Source: an uncultured Desulfobacter sp. (GTDB taxonomy: Bacteria > Desulfobacterota > Desulfobacteria > Desulfobacterales > Desulfobacteraceae). Taken from it: a stretch of DNA of 64,000 bases. The stretch covers positions 1,792,001-1,856,000 of the forward strand of contig OY762069.1 of NCBI GenBank assembly GCA_963665095.1, read 5' to 3'. A model generated the notes under the pieces. The model saw only the letters and a list, made by a program, of their open reading frames with translations, ran no database searches and had not been told where the DNA came from. Shown piece by piece: positions 41,028 to 52,200 of the stretch; position 1 is the stretch's first letter, and the number at the start of each line of letters is the position of its first letter. The translations under genes and the position numbers were made by a program.

Positions 41028-41538
41028 GGACCTCCTTTTTCGGTACAAATTTGAACCGGGTTTTTATCACCTCATATGTACCTTAGCAACTGGTTCAAAT
41101 TTCGGGGTCCATTATAATTAGCTGCCGCTAATAAACATAACGAGTGCGCGTAACAGATTGCAGCTCCTGCCGACGGATCTTAACATGCACCGGGACAATG
41201 GCAGGTCCCCCAAAGAGTGCGAATGGAAGCGTGACGGTTTGGGTTTTAAAAAGGGGTGAGATAAAAACCCGCTCCAGCGGGAGCCAATTCCCTCCGACGG
41301 GCAGTTTTTGTGGTGCCCATTCTCAGGACTGGCTCCCACTTCCGCTGGACTGAGCGGTTAAATTAACACCCATAAAATTGATGTTCGTGAATCGAACACT
41401 TGACTTGCCTTCTCATGGAAGGGATAGTCTGGGGTACTCATCGCCCTCTAAAAATAAGTTGGCCTCGAAAGTAGTCCTCACTATTGACACATGATCTATG
41501 TTTACCGCCGTGAGCTCATAGGTGGTGTTCCTTCGATT

Positions 41539-42261
41539 TTACAGCACATTGAACAATGCATTTTTGAACGCCAGGAAGCTTGGCATGTCTATCCTGGTCC
41601 AATCTACGGTTCCGTCGTTAACCAGCTCACAAAGCTGTTTTCGTGATGTCTGTCCCTCAAGAATTTCTGCCAACTCTTTTTTTAGGGATTGTGGCGATTT
41701 ATCATTGCCTGATCGATTTTCCAGGGAATTGCATCCCTGATATGGGTTGTCCTTAACAGCACATATAATCCAAGCTTCGGATTTTGGTTTGGGGACCATT
41801 GGCACTCCTTTTTCATAACCCTCATCCTTGAATCCCCTGATTATTGAATCCTTTTTATGTTGCCAGAGCCCACGATCCGCAGATGCAGATCCGTCAGAGT
41901 CTCTGAAAAGAACAGCTATCACCTCATCATCATTAAGTTCTTCTTCTTTGTCTTTTGCAGCCAACGCCAGAGCCCTTGCATTACGGTAAAAATATTCGGT
42001 CTCTTTTGGTTTCTTATTACCAGGCAGGCTCAAGTTTCTTCTGTTATTTTTATATATCGATGCCCTTGATTTTAATTCGCCTTTTGAAATGAAACCGTAG
42101 GCGTGGCTTTCGATAAAAGAATATTTAATTCGTTGTTCAGCCATTTGGGAGATAATTATCGCCAAAGGCCCCTGCAAGTGGTATTCGCCCTCACATTGAG
42201 TCAATCCGTTGGAACAAACACCAAGGTCAGTAGGCCCTTCCCCACTAAGAAGAAAGTACAT
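41539..42261 (-). CDS. Putative TOPRIM-like nuclease partner of the ABC ATPase (DUF4276/RloB-like)
   Basis: N-terminal LLSGEGPTD (TOPRIM-type conserved Glu), FRDSD (DxD), and P.PKSEAW. Likely start MYFLL coupled to the ATPase stop. Confidence 0.6.
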   Translation of the reverse strand: MYFLLSGEGPTDLGVCSNGLTQCEGEYHLQGPLAIIISQMAEQRIKYSFIESHAYGFISKGELKSRASIYKNNRRNLSLPGNKKPKETEYFYRNARALALAAKDKEEELNDDEVIAVLFRDSDGSASADRGLWQHKKDSIIRGFKDEGYEKGVPMVPKPKSEAWIICAVKDNPYQGCNSLENRSGNDKSPQSLKKELAEILEGQTSRKQLCELVNDGTVDWTRIDMPSFLAFKNALFNVL

Positions 42262-42262
42262 G

Positions 42263-43453
42263 TTACGCCTCTCCTGATTCGAGGCTTTGGATTTCTTCAT
42301 CCAGTTCCGTCAGGTTCGTGTCAACAAACACCTCTCCCGGTCCCATTACAGTTAATTTTTCAGCAATGGATGGAATTGTAAAAAATTGAATGGCTTTCGA
42401 GATACCTGTTGGCGTTTTGTAAAGATAAATAACCCCGGATTTGGCAACTTCATCACTAAGATAGTTAAGGATCAACGGGCTATGCGTCGTTACAAGCACC
42501 TGTTTGTCGGTCTGGGTAAGTATGTCTATTATGAATTCAGTCACTTCCGGGTTTATTCCATTTTCAATTTCATCAAAAAGTAAAAAGCTGTGTTCAGATT
42601 GAAGTTCGGCCAAAATAGTTATCAGCCGCAGCATACCATCATTCACATGACGTGCCTCTGTTTTCATTCTTGGGAAAAAGGTACGCATGCCGGATTCAAG
42701 GCTGTCATATTCCTCTACAATCTCTAACTGTTTCCAACCCGAACGAAGAGATTTAACGCCAACGGATAACAATTGAGGATAAACCTCTTTCAGGCGGGAT
42801 GCTAAATCGCCACGTTTTGTCAACCCGAGTTCATATAGAAAAGCAGAGAGTTTTTGCCCACCAAGCCCAAGCGCACCGGCAGATTCTCTTGTCCGTTGTC
42901 GCAGATGTTCAGGCGAAAGCAAATCAAGGGAATTCACCTTTTTCAAAAAATTCTTGCACTTTAGAATCGAATTCGGCAACAGATCTTCTTTTAGAGCTGA
43001 AAGAATTGAACCTTCATATTCAAAAGCAATCTGCATCTTCGATTCGTTTTCCTCAGCCGGATTCTCATGAGAAGTTATATAAACAATACCCTTTCTTACG
43101 ACCAATGAGGACTCATAAAGTTCAACGCGCTCCTGTGTACAATGTTTCATTGAAGGGTTAAAGCTTGCCTCCCAATAACCGATTTTTTGGTCATTGGTAT
43201 CTGCAAAGGAAATAGTTGCATCGATATTTCCTTTCTTGGTTAATTTAGACTTCAGGTCTGAAGTATCCCACTTTCTTTCTTTGAGCCAACCCGTAATGTC
43301 GCCTTTGATAAGTTGAGAAGCAAAATCAATAAATTGAAGAACCGTTGATTTACCTGATCCATTCAAACCGATCAAGCCGGTAAATTGTCCAAGGTCAATC
43401 CTGAAATCAACAAGTGATTTGAAATTATTTGCCTCAATAGATTTTATTCTCAT
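42263..43453 (-). CDS. ABC/SMC-like AAA ATPase (AAA_21-type)
   Basis: NFKSL, GLNGSGKST, signature NDGMLRL, FDEIENGINP, VTTHSP. Confidence 0.9.
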   Translation of the reverse strand: MRIKSIEANNFKSLVDFRIDLGQFTGLIGLNGSGKSTVLQFIDFASQLIKGDITGWLKERKWDTSDLKSKLTKKGNIDATISFADTNDQKIGYWEASFNPSMKHCTQERVELYESSLVVRKGIVYITSHENPAEENESKMQIAFEYEGSILSALKEDLLPNSILKCKNFLKKVNSLDLLSPEHLRQRTRESAGALGLGGQKLSAFLYELGLTKRGDLASRLKEVYPQLLSVGVKSLRSGWKQLEIVEEYDSLESGMRTFFPRMKTEARHVNDGMLRLITILAELQSEHSFLLFDEIENGINPEVTEFIIDILTQTDKQVLVTTHSPLILNYLSDEVAKSGVIYLYKTPTGISKAIQFFTIPSIAEKLTVMGPGEVFVDTNLTELDEEIQSLESGEA

Positions 43454-43497
43454 GTTTGTATGCTCTTTGTGTAAGAAAGTTTTGTATTACAATACTA

Positions 43498-46350
43498 CTA
43501 TTCTTCAAATTCTGCTGTCTTGAATCTTAAAACACTGCAATTTTCTTTAACTGTTCTCTGTAGTGCTTCGTCGAATCCATCTGCTGATCTTGCCTCTACC
43601 TCTATTTTAATTGCCACTTCTACGCCGACCTTGGATGTAAAATGCTGAACCACTTCATCGACAATGTCAGAAAAACTCATTGTTGCCTGGACCGGATCAA
43701 GGTCCACTGTGCCATAGAACTGTTTTTTTATAATCGTAGGGATAGGAGGTGCGGTTCCTGAATCATCGCCGCCAGAGGATGGTGTCCCTCCTTGAGGCTG
43801 ATCACCCGTCCCTGGGGATGGAGTGCTGCCTCCAGTATCAGTTGGATTGGCATTTCCCTGACCGGGTGCCGGTTCGGCGGTTTTATTCAGATATTGAATT
43901 GCTGCTTCACGTTCAATCAACAATGAAGAGTCATCAATCGTAATAATGGCGCTGGAACCAATGGCAAATCCCAGATATCGTTCCTGCTCTTTTCCTGACG
44001 CGAAGCCGAAAAAATCTTTGCTGACCAGTCCATTTTCAATGACGGTTCTAAAAACCTGCTCGTTTAATAAACGTGGCATATATAGATAATTACAACTGTC
44101 TTCCCAAACCTTCAGGGCGCTAATATCGGTCACACCATCTTTAAAATACCATTGATTGAGGTGATTGCGAAGATGGATGGGGCTCCATTCAGAGATCAGC
44201 CATTCTTCCTCTTTTAGAATATTTCCAATTTCCGCAGATAGATCTTGTGCAAAAGTAGACACACTAACAGCTTCCCAGGTCAGTTTGGGCTTTCCATGAA
44301 CCAAATCTTCAACCGGGCATAAAATCCATTTATATGCCTCTCTTAAAATTTGCTGTAAATTCTTTTCCGAGGCTTGTTTTTGCTTTTTGGCCTGATTAAT
44401 CTGGAACAGATCAAGGTTTAGTTTTCCTGCGTCAATATCGGATAAAATTTCTTTCCATGCTATATACGTCCGGCCATAATCTTTGAGACGGCTTAGGACA
44501 TCATGATCTACAGCCATAAACAGCAAACGGTTCTGCTTCTGCCTTGGTTGGTCCCCTCTGAATCGTAGTATTTTTTCTGCGGTGGAGATCGCCTGACTTG
44601 GATCTGCTTTGGTATATGCCGCCTGTATATCCGGCGGCAGGATAACCAGTCTCGGGCCGTTGCCAAAATCATCTGGGACATCACTTGACGGGGTAAAAAT
44701 ATGGACACCGGCAAAACAATGCCTGCTTCCGAATAATTGCCTGAGCCTGTCTTTCAACAATGGAATTAACTGCAAACGTGTATCAATCTGTCTTTTACGA
44801 CTTTCCATCTCACGACGCAGATTGGGTTTTGTATCCAGCCAGAATCTGTCCCCATCTGAATAAAGGTATTGCAGCTTATCTCTAAGCCTTTTTAAAACAT
44901 CTTCAAACACGCCCACAGGTTGCCCTGGCTGTGCGCACCCTAAAAGAATCCTTTCCACAGGCAGTCCCTTGACCATCTGGGCGTCACTGGTAGGGGCACT
45001 GCCCAAAAAGATGGTACGCATGGATCGCCGGGCCGCCTGAACCCCGCCAAATCGTGTATCACGACCATCAATCTCGCTTGGCTCCGAACGGGGACCATCC
45101 ACTTCTTTTTCAATGACCGGCTCCCATCCCTGGGGTAAATAATGGATGCTTTTGTTACGCACATTGGTATCCTCCAGATCAATTGATCCAGGCATAATCA
45201 AGGCATCCCGATTGTCAGAGTTCCAGAGTCGATGAATGACAATGGCCATATACTGTAACACGCCACGGGTCCGCTGAAATTTATCCAGAGTGGACCAGTC
45301 CTCGTATAACCGGTCAAAGATCTCCGGGTGGATGGGGTAGGAGTGGCAAAGCCTTTCAAAATAGTCATTCGACTGGGTTTCAATGGGGAATTTTTCACTG
45401 TTGGCCCGGTAATAATCAAAAAACCGGCTTGCCACTTCTTTGACCTGGGAAGGTTCACCCGCATACTCAAAAAGGCGGCGACGAACTATTTCAAATGCTT
45501 CGGTGCTGGCAACAGGTTTCCAGACAGATTCCACCCTGGCAAAATACTTTTCCAAAGCATTGAGCGCCCTTTGGCCCATACTCCCGCCAATTTCCAACTC
45601 AGATTCCGGTAAAGAGGCCAAAAGAATCGCATTGGGGACTAATTTCATGGATTCGGTCAGCGCCTGGATAAAGCTCATGTTGCTGTCAAAAGTCCCTGCT
45701 TTGAACTGCTGCCCTGATTCCAATTGTCTGATAAATGCCAGCAATTCATCCATTAAAACAACACATGGAGCTGCTTTTTCAAGCAATTGACGGATGGTCT
45801 CTTTTCCGGGAGAGGTGCCGTCAGCATCACTGTCAGCAACCATTGAATAGCCCTGTTCACCCAATAGTTGCCAGGCCAACTCCCCCCACAGGGTTTTTGC
45901 TGTGATTTTTCCATGGATTTGGGGTTGGCTGGGAGACAGTTTAATACCGTCAATAACAGCCACTTTCGCCACAGGAAGCTCACTGATGCCCGCCTCATCC
46001 AGAATTGGCGGAATACCTTCTAACTTATCAGTGGTCACCGTCCTGTTCGCAAGGTGCATGACGGCAAGCATGGTATGTGTTTTGCCACCGCCAAAAGCAG
46101 TCTGCAACTGAATGACAGGATCACCATCTTTGCCGCTTAAACGCTGGGCAACTGAGATCAAAAGCAGTCTCATACCTTCGGTAATAAAGGTCCGTGAAAA
46201 GAATTTTTCAGGGTCCTGGTATTCCGGAGGTGCTGAACCCGATGCAACCTGGGAGATATCGGCTGCAAACTCAGATTGTTTAAATGAACCTTCTAAAACA
46301 TCAGTATGTGGCTTGGCTATCTCTCTCCAGGGTTTCACGGAACTGTTCAT
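43498..46350 (-). CDS. DUF499 AAA+ ATPase
   Basis: [56 protein letters not shown]. Confidence 0.9.
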   Translation of the reverse strand: MNSSVKPWREIAKPHTDVLEGSFKQSEFAADISQVASGSAPPEYQDPEKFFSRTFITEGMRLLLISVAQRLSGKDGDPVIQLQTAFGGGKTHTMLAVMHLANRTVTTDKLEGIPPILDEAGISELPVAKVAVIDGIKLSPSQPQIHGKITAKTLWGELAWQLLGEQGYSMVADSDADGTSPGKETIRQLLEKAAPCVVLMDELLAFIRQLESGQQFKAGTFDSNMSFIQALTESMKLVPNAILLASLPESELEIGGSMGQRALNALEKYFARVESVWKPVASTEAFEIVRRRLFEYAGEPSQVKEVASRFFDYYRANSEKFPIETQSNDYFERLCHSYPIHPEIFDRLYEDWSTLDKFQRTRGVLQYMAIVIHRLWNSDNRDALIMPGSIDLEDTNVRNKSIHYLPQGWEPVIEKEVDGPRSEPSEIDGRDTRFGGVQAARRSMRTIFLGSAPTSDAQMVKGLPVERILLGCAQPGQPVGVFEDVLKRLRDKLQYLYSDGDRFWLDTKPNLRREMESRKRQIDTRLQLIPLLKDRLRQLFGSRHCFAGVHIFTPSSDVPDDFGNGPRLVILPPDIQAAYTKADPSQAISTAEKILRFRGDQPRQKQNRLLFMAVDHDVLSRLKDYGRTYIAWKEILSDIDAGKLNLDLFQINQAKKQKQASEKNLQQILREAYKWILCPVEDLVHGKPKLTWEAVSVSTFAQDLSAEIGNILKEEEWLISEWSPIHLRNHLNQWYFKDGVTDISALKVWEDSCNYLYMPRLLNEQVFRTVIENGLVSKDFFGFASGKEQERYLGFAIGSSAIITIDDSSLLIEREAAIQYLNKTAEPAPGQGNANPTDTGGSTPSPGTGDQPQGGTPSSGGDDSGTAPPIPTIIKKQFYGTVDLDPVQATMSFSDIVDEVVQHFTSKVGVEVAIKIEVEARSADGFDEALQRTVKENCSVLRFKTAEFEE

Positions 46351-46370
46351 TTATTGCCTCAATTAATATA

Positions 46371-49262
46371 TTAAAAATCAAGTTCAAGTTGACGGTCTCG
46401 TTCAGGGGTAACGGTTTCCTGGGATGCTGAAACTATTGCATGCCAGGAGCCTATTAACTCATTATAGGCCCGTGCTTCTTCCGCCCATTTTTTTCTCTCG
46501 CATTGTGTATATAGATGGTAAGCTAATTGCCTTATTGCTTCGCCTTTCTCCGGCATTTTTGCCAACAGTGCCCCCGCTTCAGTCTCTCCTTGCTGATTCA
46601 GCACTCTTATCATTTGATGGCATGCTTCCCATATCGGGGTTCGTTTGTCTTTCTGGGGGTCCCAATCGGTGGGGTATTCGTTCCATTTCAGAAGACGAAC
46701 TTTTCCTCCGCCAGAGACCGCTACTCCGGAGTCAGCAACACCATCTACTGTTGTTCCTTTTGCCTGGGCTAAAACATTTGCTTCACCAAATAAACCTTCA
46801 CCCCAGCCAAATTGTCCAAACCAATCATCACAAAATAAAGTATCTGAGTCAAAATTCCCGCTATCTGGGTTTAGGTAATCAGAGATAGATTTATTTATAA
46901 GAATAAGAGCATCGTGAACGCTCATTTGACTCCCATCCTGATTTAGCACACCATTATAACTGGAAAAAATTGCCATTCCTGGGCCGATGGCAGCTTGAGC
47001 CAAATCAACTGGTGCTATTGGGAGAACCCCCTCCGCACCTCCTATCATTGCTTCTAAGGCTTCTGGCATCTTCAAACGAAGTTCTTTCTGAAATTGTCGT
47101 CGAGAGATTGAATTACAACTTATACTCCTTTTTTTACAAATTAAAACGACAGAGGATGCTAATGCATTAGAAGCTATTCCTCTGATTCTTGAGGATTGTT
47201 CTGATCGTATTGGCCAAGTGCCGACGATTGAAAAGTTTGCTTCGATAATGGCTTCTAAAAAGGTTTCCCATCCAGGACTTGAAGTCATATCCGATTTTGT
47301 TTCAGATTGTTTAAATGCGTAATAAATCGAAACGGGAAATGCCGGATGAGATGTTTCAGACATCTTTTTAATCGCTTCTGTCATCCCCTCCATGAAAAAT
47401 TGTTCAGCAACTTTTTTTGTGCCATGTCGATCAGTTGTAGCAACCAACTCTTCTGCTTTTGGAGTCGTTAGGGTTGAGAATAAACTTGGAAAGATATTTT
47501 TCAAACTTTGCCGCATCCAAATATAAAAAAAATCTGATAAATCCGCATAGCCTATGTTGTCATAATAGGGAGGGTCTGTAGATATAATTTTTTCCAAATT
47601 ATAATTTTCATGAATTGCATTTTTTTGATAAGCAGAACCCAGCCCCTTCCCATTAATTTTTAATAAACATTGTACTTGATAATCGAGATTTGTTGTAAAT
47701 CCACCAACAACATTTTCGATTATATTTGCTTCAGCAAAATCCCAAACCATTGGAATTGCGTGTCTAGAAAAAAGGTACATCACCTTCTCATTGCCAGCTC
47801 GCCATCCTGTTAGGGCATTGTTAAAATCGGCGCATCTATCAATGACAAAGCTTAAATATACTGCTATTGCATCACCATACGCAGTGGCACTAGTTCCACC
47901 AGAATCGATACCACATCCATCATCATCCATTCCTTTCTTTGTTGCATCTTCTATAGCTTTTAAACGAGCGGCCTCAACTAAATTGGATAATGTGGTTAGA
48001 GCGACCAATTGTCTATTGGTGAAAAGGTCTTTATACTTCTTCATGCCATATTGTTGAATGCGGAAGCCTAATGCCTTTTTGGGTAAATCGATTTCTGGAG
48101 CTTCACTGACATGAATATCTAATATATTTTTTTCAATTTCCTTGTTTGGCGATAAATAAACACGCTGCCTTTGGCCTTGAACAACTATAGCCATCAACCT
48201 ATATTTCATTCGGCCTGCTTGCGCTTCTTTACGAATATACTTCAAAGGTATTGCGGTATTAGATAAGATACAAGTTCCACCGCCCCTATTCATTGTGCCT
48301 CTTAAAAAGCTATCTGGTTGTTTACCTATCCTTACCTTAAATTCATAACCCTGATTTTTTGGAACTGGTTCTACCCAAGCTTCTTTTCCTTTCTTATTGC
48401 AAAGAATAAAAGAACGAACTAAGGGTATATCCACCTCATTGTATGCTGGATTTGGACTTTTGACTGTCCTAGCCCAGATCCAAGCGATTACTTTTAGTTC
48501 TTTCCCTACATATTCTTTCAAATCCTCTCTTATATAAGCCATTTCTGGTGTGACTTTAACTTTGGGATACAATGGATCTAAAGTCTTTTGGGCTTCATGG
48601 TGTATCCAATAACCATAGCGCCTCACATCTTCGGCCAATCCCTTTATACCTGACCATTTATTTATTAAATCAAGTTGATTTTGTTTTCGGGGCATGGGGC
48701 CGATTGGCTTAATATCTACAAATTTGGGAGGAATTTCTATCATCGATTTGTTTATCATAACCGCTATTGGATTCAAATCAGTTGCATAGCTGTTTAATCC
48801 GAGTCTTTGAGCTTCTAACGGTATCGCACCGCCCCCAGCAAAAGGATCATGAAACGAGGGAAGTTCTTCTGGGTTGAATCCTGGTTTGCCTTTATTGAGA
48901 TCACAGGTTTCTTTCCAGCTTTTTTTGATAGCAGCTATTGCTCTATCAAGAACTAATACATTGTCACTATTTTCCCACTTTACTAACTCTCGTATAATTT
49001 CAAATAAATCTTCTCTTTCACGAGCTGCTTGGGTTTTTGTAATCTTATTTGTCCAGCCACGTTCACCTCCAGGATCATTTACCATTTGAGCAAAAATAAC
49101 TGCTCGTGCGGCTGCGAGAGGGCGTCTTGCCCACCATAAATGGATACCCCGGGGATGGGGGCCTATCCCGGGCATTTTTTCATAGGCGCACGCAGCATTA
49201 ATATCGTCAAGAGGCAAAGCGACTTCTATTAATTTTTTCGGTATATTTATTTTGTCACTCAT
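46371..49262 (-). CDS. DUF1156 adenine DNA methyltransferase
   Basis: KKLIEVALPL, HLWWARRPLAAAR, DPFAGGGAIPLEA.RLG, TDPPYYDN, NALASS. Confidence 0.92.
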   Translation of the reverse strand: MSDKINIPKKLIEVALPLDDINAACAYEKMPGIGPHPRGIHLWWARRPLAAARAVIFAQMVNDPGGERGWTNKITKTQAAREREDLFEIIRELVKWENSDNVLVLDRAIAAIKKSWKETCDLNKGKPGFNPEELPSFHDPFAGGGAIPLEAQRLGLNSYATDLNPIAVMINKSMIEIPPKFVDIKPIGPMPRKQNQLDLINKWSGIKGLAEDVRRYGYWIHHEAQKTLDPLYPKVKVTPEMAYIREDLKEYVGKELKVIAWIWARTVKSPNPAYNEVDIPLVRSFILCNKKGKEAWVEPVPKNQGYEFKVRIGKQPDSFLRGTMNRGGGTCILSNTAIPLKYIRKEAQAGRMKYRLMAIVVQGQRQRVYLSPNKEIEKNILDIHVSEAPEIDLPKKALGFRIQQYGMKKYKDLFTNRQLVALTTLSNLVEAARLKAIEDATKKGMDDDGCGIDSGGTSATAYGDAIAVYLSFVIDRCADFNNALTGWRAGNEKVMYLFSRHAIPMVWDFAEANIIENVVGGFTTNLDYQVQCLLKINGKGLGSAYQKNAIHENYNLEKIISTDPPYYDNIGYADLSDFFYIWMRQSLKNIFPSLFSTLTTPKAEELVATTDRHGTKKVAEQFFMEGMTEAIKKMSETSHPAFPVSIYYAFKQSETKSDMTSSPGWETFLEAIIEANFSIVGTWPIRSEQSSRIRGIASNALASSVVLICKKRSISCNSISRRQFQKELRLKMPEALEAMIGGAEGVLPIAPVDLAQAAIGPGMAIFSSYNGVLNQDGSQMSVHDALILINKSISDYLNPDSGNFDSDTLFCDDWFGQFGWGEGLFGEANVLAQAKGTTVDGVADSGVAVSGGGKVRLLKWNEYPTDWDPQKDKRTPIWEACHQMIRVLNQQGETEAGALLAKMPEKGEAIRQLAYHLYTQCERKKWAEEARAYNELIGSWHAIVSASQETVTPERDRQLELDF

Positions 49263-49265
49263 GTA

Positions 49266-52200
49266 TCAGTTCTCAAGTGTTTGTTCAGGATCAACCGCTT
49301 TAGAAAGCAAATCCTGAAGATCATAATTTATACTGGCCACGCCAAAATCCGGTTCAACATGGAATGGATTCTTAATGTAAAACGGTCCCTCGTAAGTGTC
49401 ATTATCAACAATCACAACAGCAAGGATGAATTTATCAGCCTGATTCAAACCATATAAAATTTCGTTGCGGCTGACCGTAATTGTACTCTGGCCCTTAGAC
49501 CGGCCCTTGACTTCGATATGGCGATCCATTTTCATAGATCCGTCAGGGTTTACGGGTGGCCGGGCCGTTACATCCCAACCGCATTTTTCAGCACCGACAT
49601 CTTTAACTTCATGACCAAAGCCTTTTTCTAAATCCATTACAGCTTTCATGGCAATACGTTCGACTTTGGCTTTTGCCTCAGCATCAATGGGGGATTGAAC
49701 CTCACCTTTACGATGGGCCAAAAGACCCTGGGGGATTACCAATGCCCCGCCAATAATCACAGGAGTGCTTGAAACCACATTACGCATGGTTTCTATTTCA
49801 GATTCTCTTTGTTTCAGCCTTGCGGTCAGTTCATCAACCCTGCGCCGGGCCATTTCTGGCTGCATCCGTGGTTGTTTTCCTGAACTGACATCATCTTTTA
49901 ATTTGATATACCGGTCAGACCAGTAATTGATCTCTTTGACAAGGCGCTCTTTCACCGCCGTGATTATTTTGTCCGCCTGTCTTTCCCGGCGCTCTTTGAT
50001 TTCTTTGTAATGATCAGGAACTAAATTGGCCGTGGCATGGTTAAGCGCCAGTGATTCCAGATTATTACTTAACCAGGGCGCTTGCAGAATATCCTGGACT
50101 AAATTTTTGTCGTAATCATCGATTGGCAGCAGATCAAGGTGAGGTGCCCAACCGGCGTTGTAAGAATTTCCACCCCCATCAATTTCAACGAACTGCAATC
50201 TCCTGGAAGCGACTCTGGGGGCTTGGGTGCCCACACCTGATGTCTCTCGAACGCTGTGATCCACCATGAACATCACCCGTGGGGTCTGACCATCATCATT
50301 GGGATCTACCATGACCGCGCCTTGCTTTAATTTTGCTCTATGGGCCTGGAGAATAAGGTCTGTACTGGCATGCATAAGCGGATGCCCTGGATGAATCAAA
50401 TCCGCCATGGGTTTATTATATTGGCGAATGGCATGTTTTTCAAAACAGATGCGTTCGTATTTTTTCAGCACAGGTGTCCGTGTCTCACCGATGACTCTGT
50501 CCCGTTCCCGAATAGACGCGGGGACATGACGGATTTCAAAGCGGCCTGATTCACGGGATCGGATCTCGCCGCCAAGGGATTGAAACGCCTCTGTAAAAAA
50601 AGATCTTATGAAATAAGGCTGGAGCTTTCTTGCCTCTGCCTTCTCCATCTCCTCTTTAACTGCGTAAAGATCTTCAAGGCTCATATGCTGCTCAACTAAA
50701 GCATTCCGTCTCAGGATATCTTTTAACCGTTCAGTATCCAGGGTATTGTCGATCACCTCATTCATCCGGGCTTTAACTTCCGGATCTTCCCCATACCGAA
50801 TCGCCTTGATAAGAAGATCTTTTAAAGAGACATTGTCAAACGCTTCTCCCAATACATCGAACACCTTGCCACCCAGGGCTTCTTTTTCAATTTCTATTTT
50901 AGTGAAAAGTTTTTGAAAAACTTCACCCTCCCTGGTTTCACTGGCGACAATATTCCAGAGGTGGCAAACTTCTGTCTGTCCAATTCGATGAATACGGCCA
51001 AATCTTTGTTCCAGGCGATTCGGATTCCAGGGCAGATCATAGTTGACCATCAGGTTTGCATTTTGCAGGTTAACACCTTCACCTGCTGCATCTGTGGCAA
51101 TCAAGATAACGACTTCAGCATCGTTTCTGAATTCTTCCTGGATTTTTCGACGGTCATCACGATTTGTGCCGCCATAAATAATTCTGACCGCATTGGGATC
51201 GCCAAGCATGTCCATGATCTTGCTTGAAAGGTAGTTTAAAGTATCCTTGTGCTCTGTGAAAATAATCATTTTTCTTCGGCTTCCCGCAGAATTGAGCATC
51301 TCAGGGTTATTTTGCATCAAGCTGGACAACTCTTCCCATTTTTTATCCATGTTGGACTGAACAACATCAAAGGCCTGAAGCTCAAGCCGTTTAAGGCTTA
51401 AAATTTCCGCTTCCAGTTCAGGCACTGTTTCCGCTGCGGTTGCCTGATCCACCACCTGTTCAGCAAAAATTTCATATTCTTCTGCATTGAGATCTTCATC
51501 AAGCTCATCCAGATTATCAGGTAGATCAATTGTCTTTTGAACGTTGTAAGTGCCAACGGTTTCAGCGACCCCGTCACTTCTGACCGCCTCCCCCCTGGCC
51601 AACAGTTTTGTTTCTTCCAGGCGGGATTCCAGGCGTTTACGGCGGCGTTTAAGCGATTGGAATATGGCCTCCGGGCTTGATGCAAGTCGTCTTTGCAGCT
51701 GGGTCAAGGCGAACCCGATTGTATTCTTTTTCTTGCCGTTCAGCTTATCCGCACGGTTCATCTCTTCCCGAACATATTTGGTCACTTCAGAATAGAGTTC
51801 GGCTTCCATGTCGGAGAGTTGATAGTTGACTGTATACGCTTTACGTTCCGGGAATAATTTAGTGCCGTCAAATTTCAATAATTCCTCTTTGACCATTCGA
51901 CGCATCATATCCGACACATCCACTTTATGGGCACCTTCACGGAACTTGCCATAAAAACGGTCTCCATCAAGCAGGGACAGCCAGATCTGGAAATCTTCTT
52001 CTTTGCCGTTGTGCGGTGTTGCCGTCATTAAAAGGAAGTGACGAGTGATTGAGCCTAAAAGTTCCCCAAATTGGAACCGTTTTGTTTTATTGACCTTATT
52101 GCCAAAATAGCTGGCTGATAATTTGTGGGCCTCATCAACGATCACCAGGTCCCAGTCCGTATTTTTTAGTTTTGCCTGGAAGTCCTCATTTCGGGATAGC

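Larger units (their letters stand above)
39593..41116 (-). mobile_element. IS3-family insertion sequence
   Basis: IRs TGAAGTGGACCCC / (rc) TATAATGGACCCC, 3-bp duplication ATT (39590-39592, 41117-41119), orfA plus orfB. Confidence 0.92.
39561..41237 (+). ncRNA. Predicted bridge/seek RNA of the IS1111-type element, split by an IS3 (39561-39592 plus 41120-41237)
   Basis: After removing the IS3, two stem-flanked internal loops carry GACTATCCCT (rc of right target flank), ACAG (left flank plus core), ATCTTA (rc of left-end TAAGAT) and ATGGAAG (right end plus core). Boundaries are approximate. Confidence 0.78.
35308..41421 (+). mobile_element. IS110-family (IS1111-type) element carrying two nested insertions
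   Basis: Sub-terminal IRs ATGAGAAGGC (35315-35324) and GCCTTCTCAT (41407-41416), AG core at both ends (35308-35309, 41420-41421), DEDD recombinase, and a long structured right non-coding end. Confidence 0.85.
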
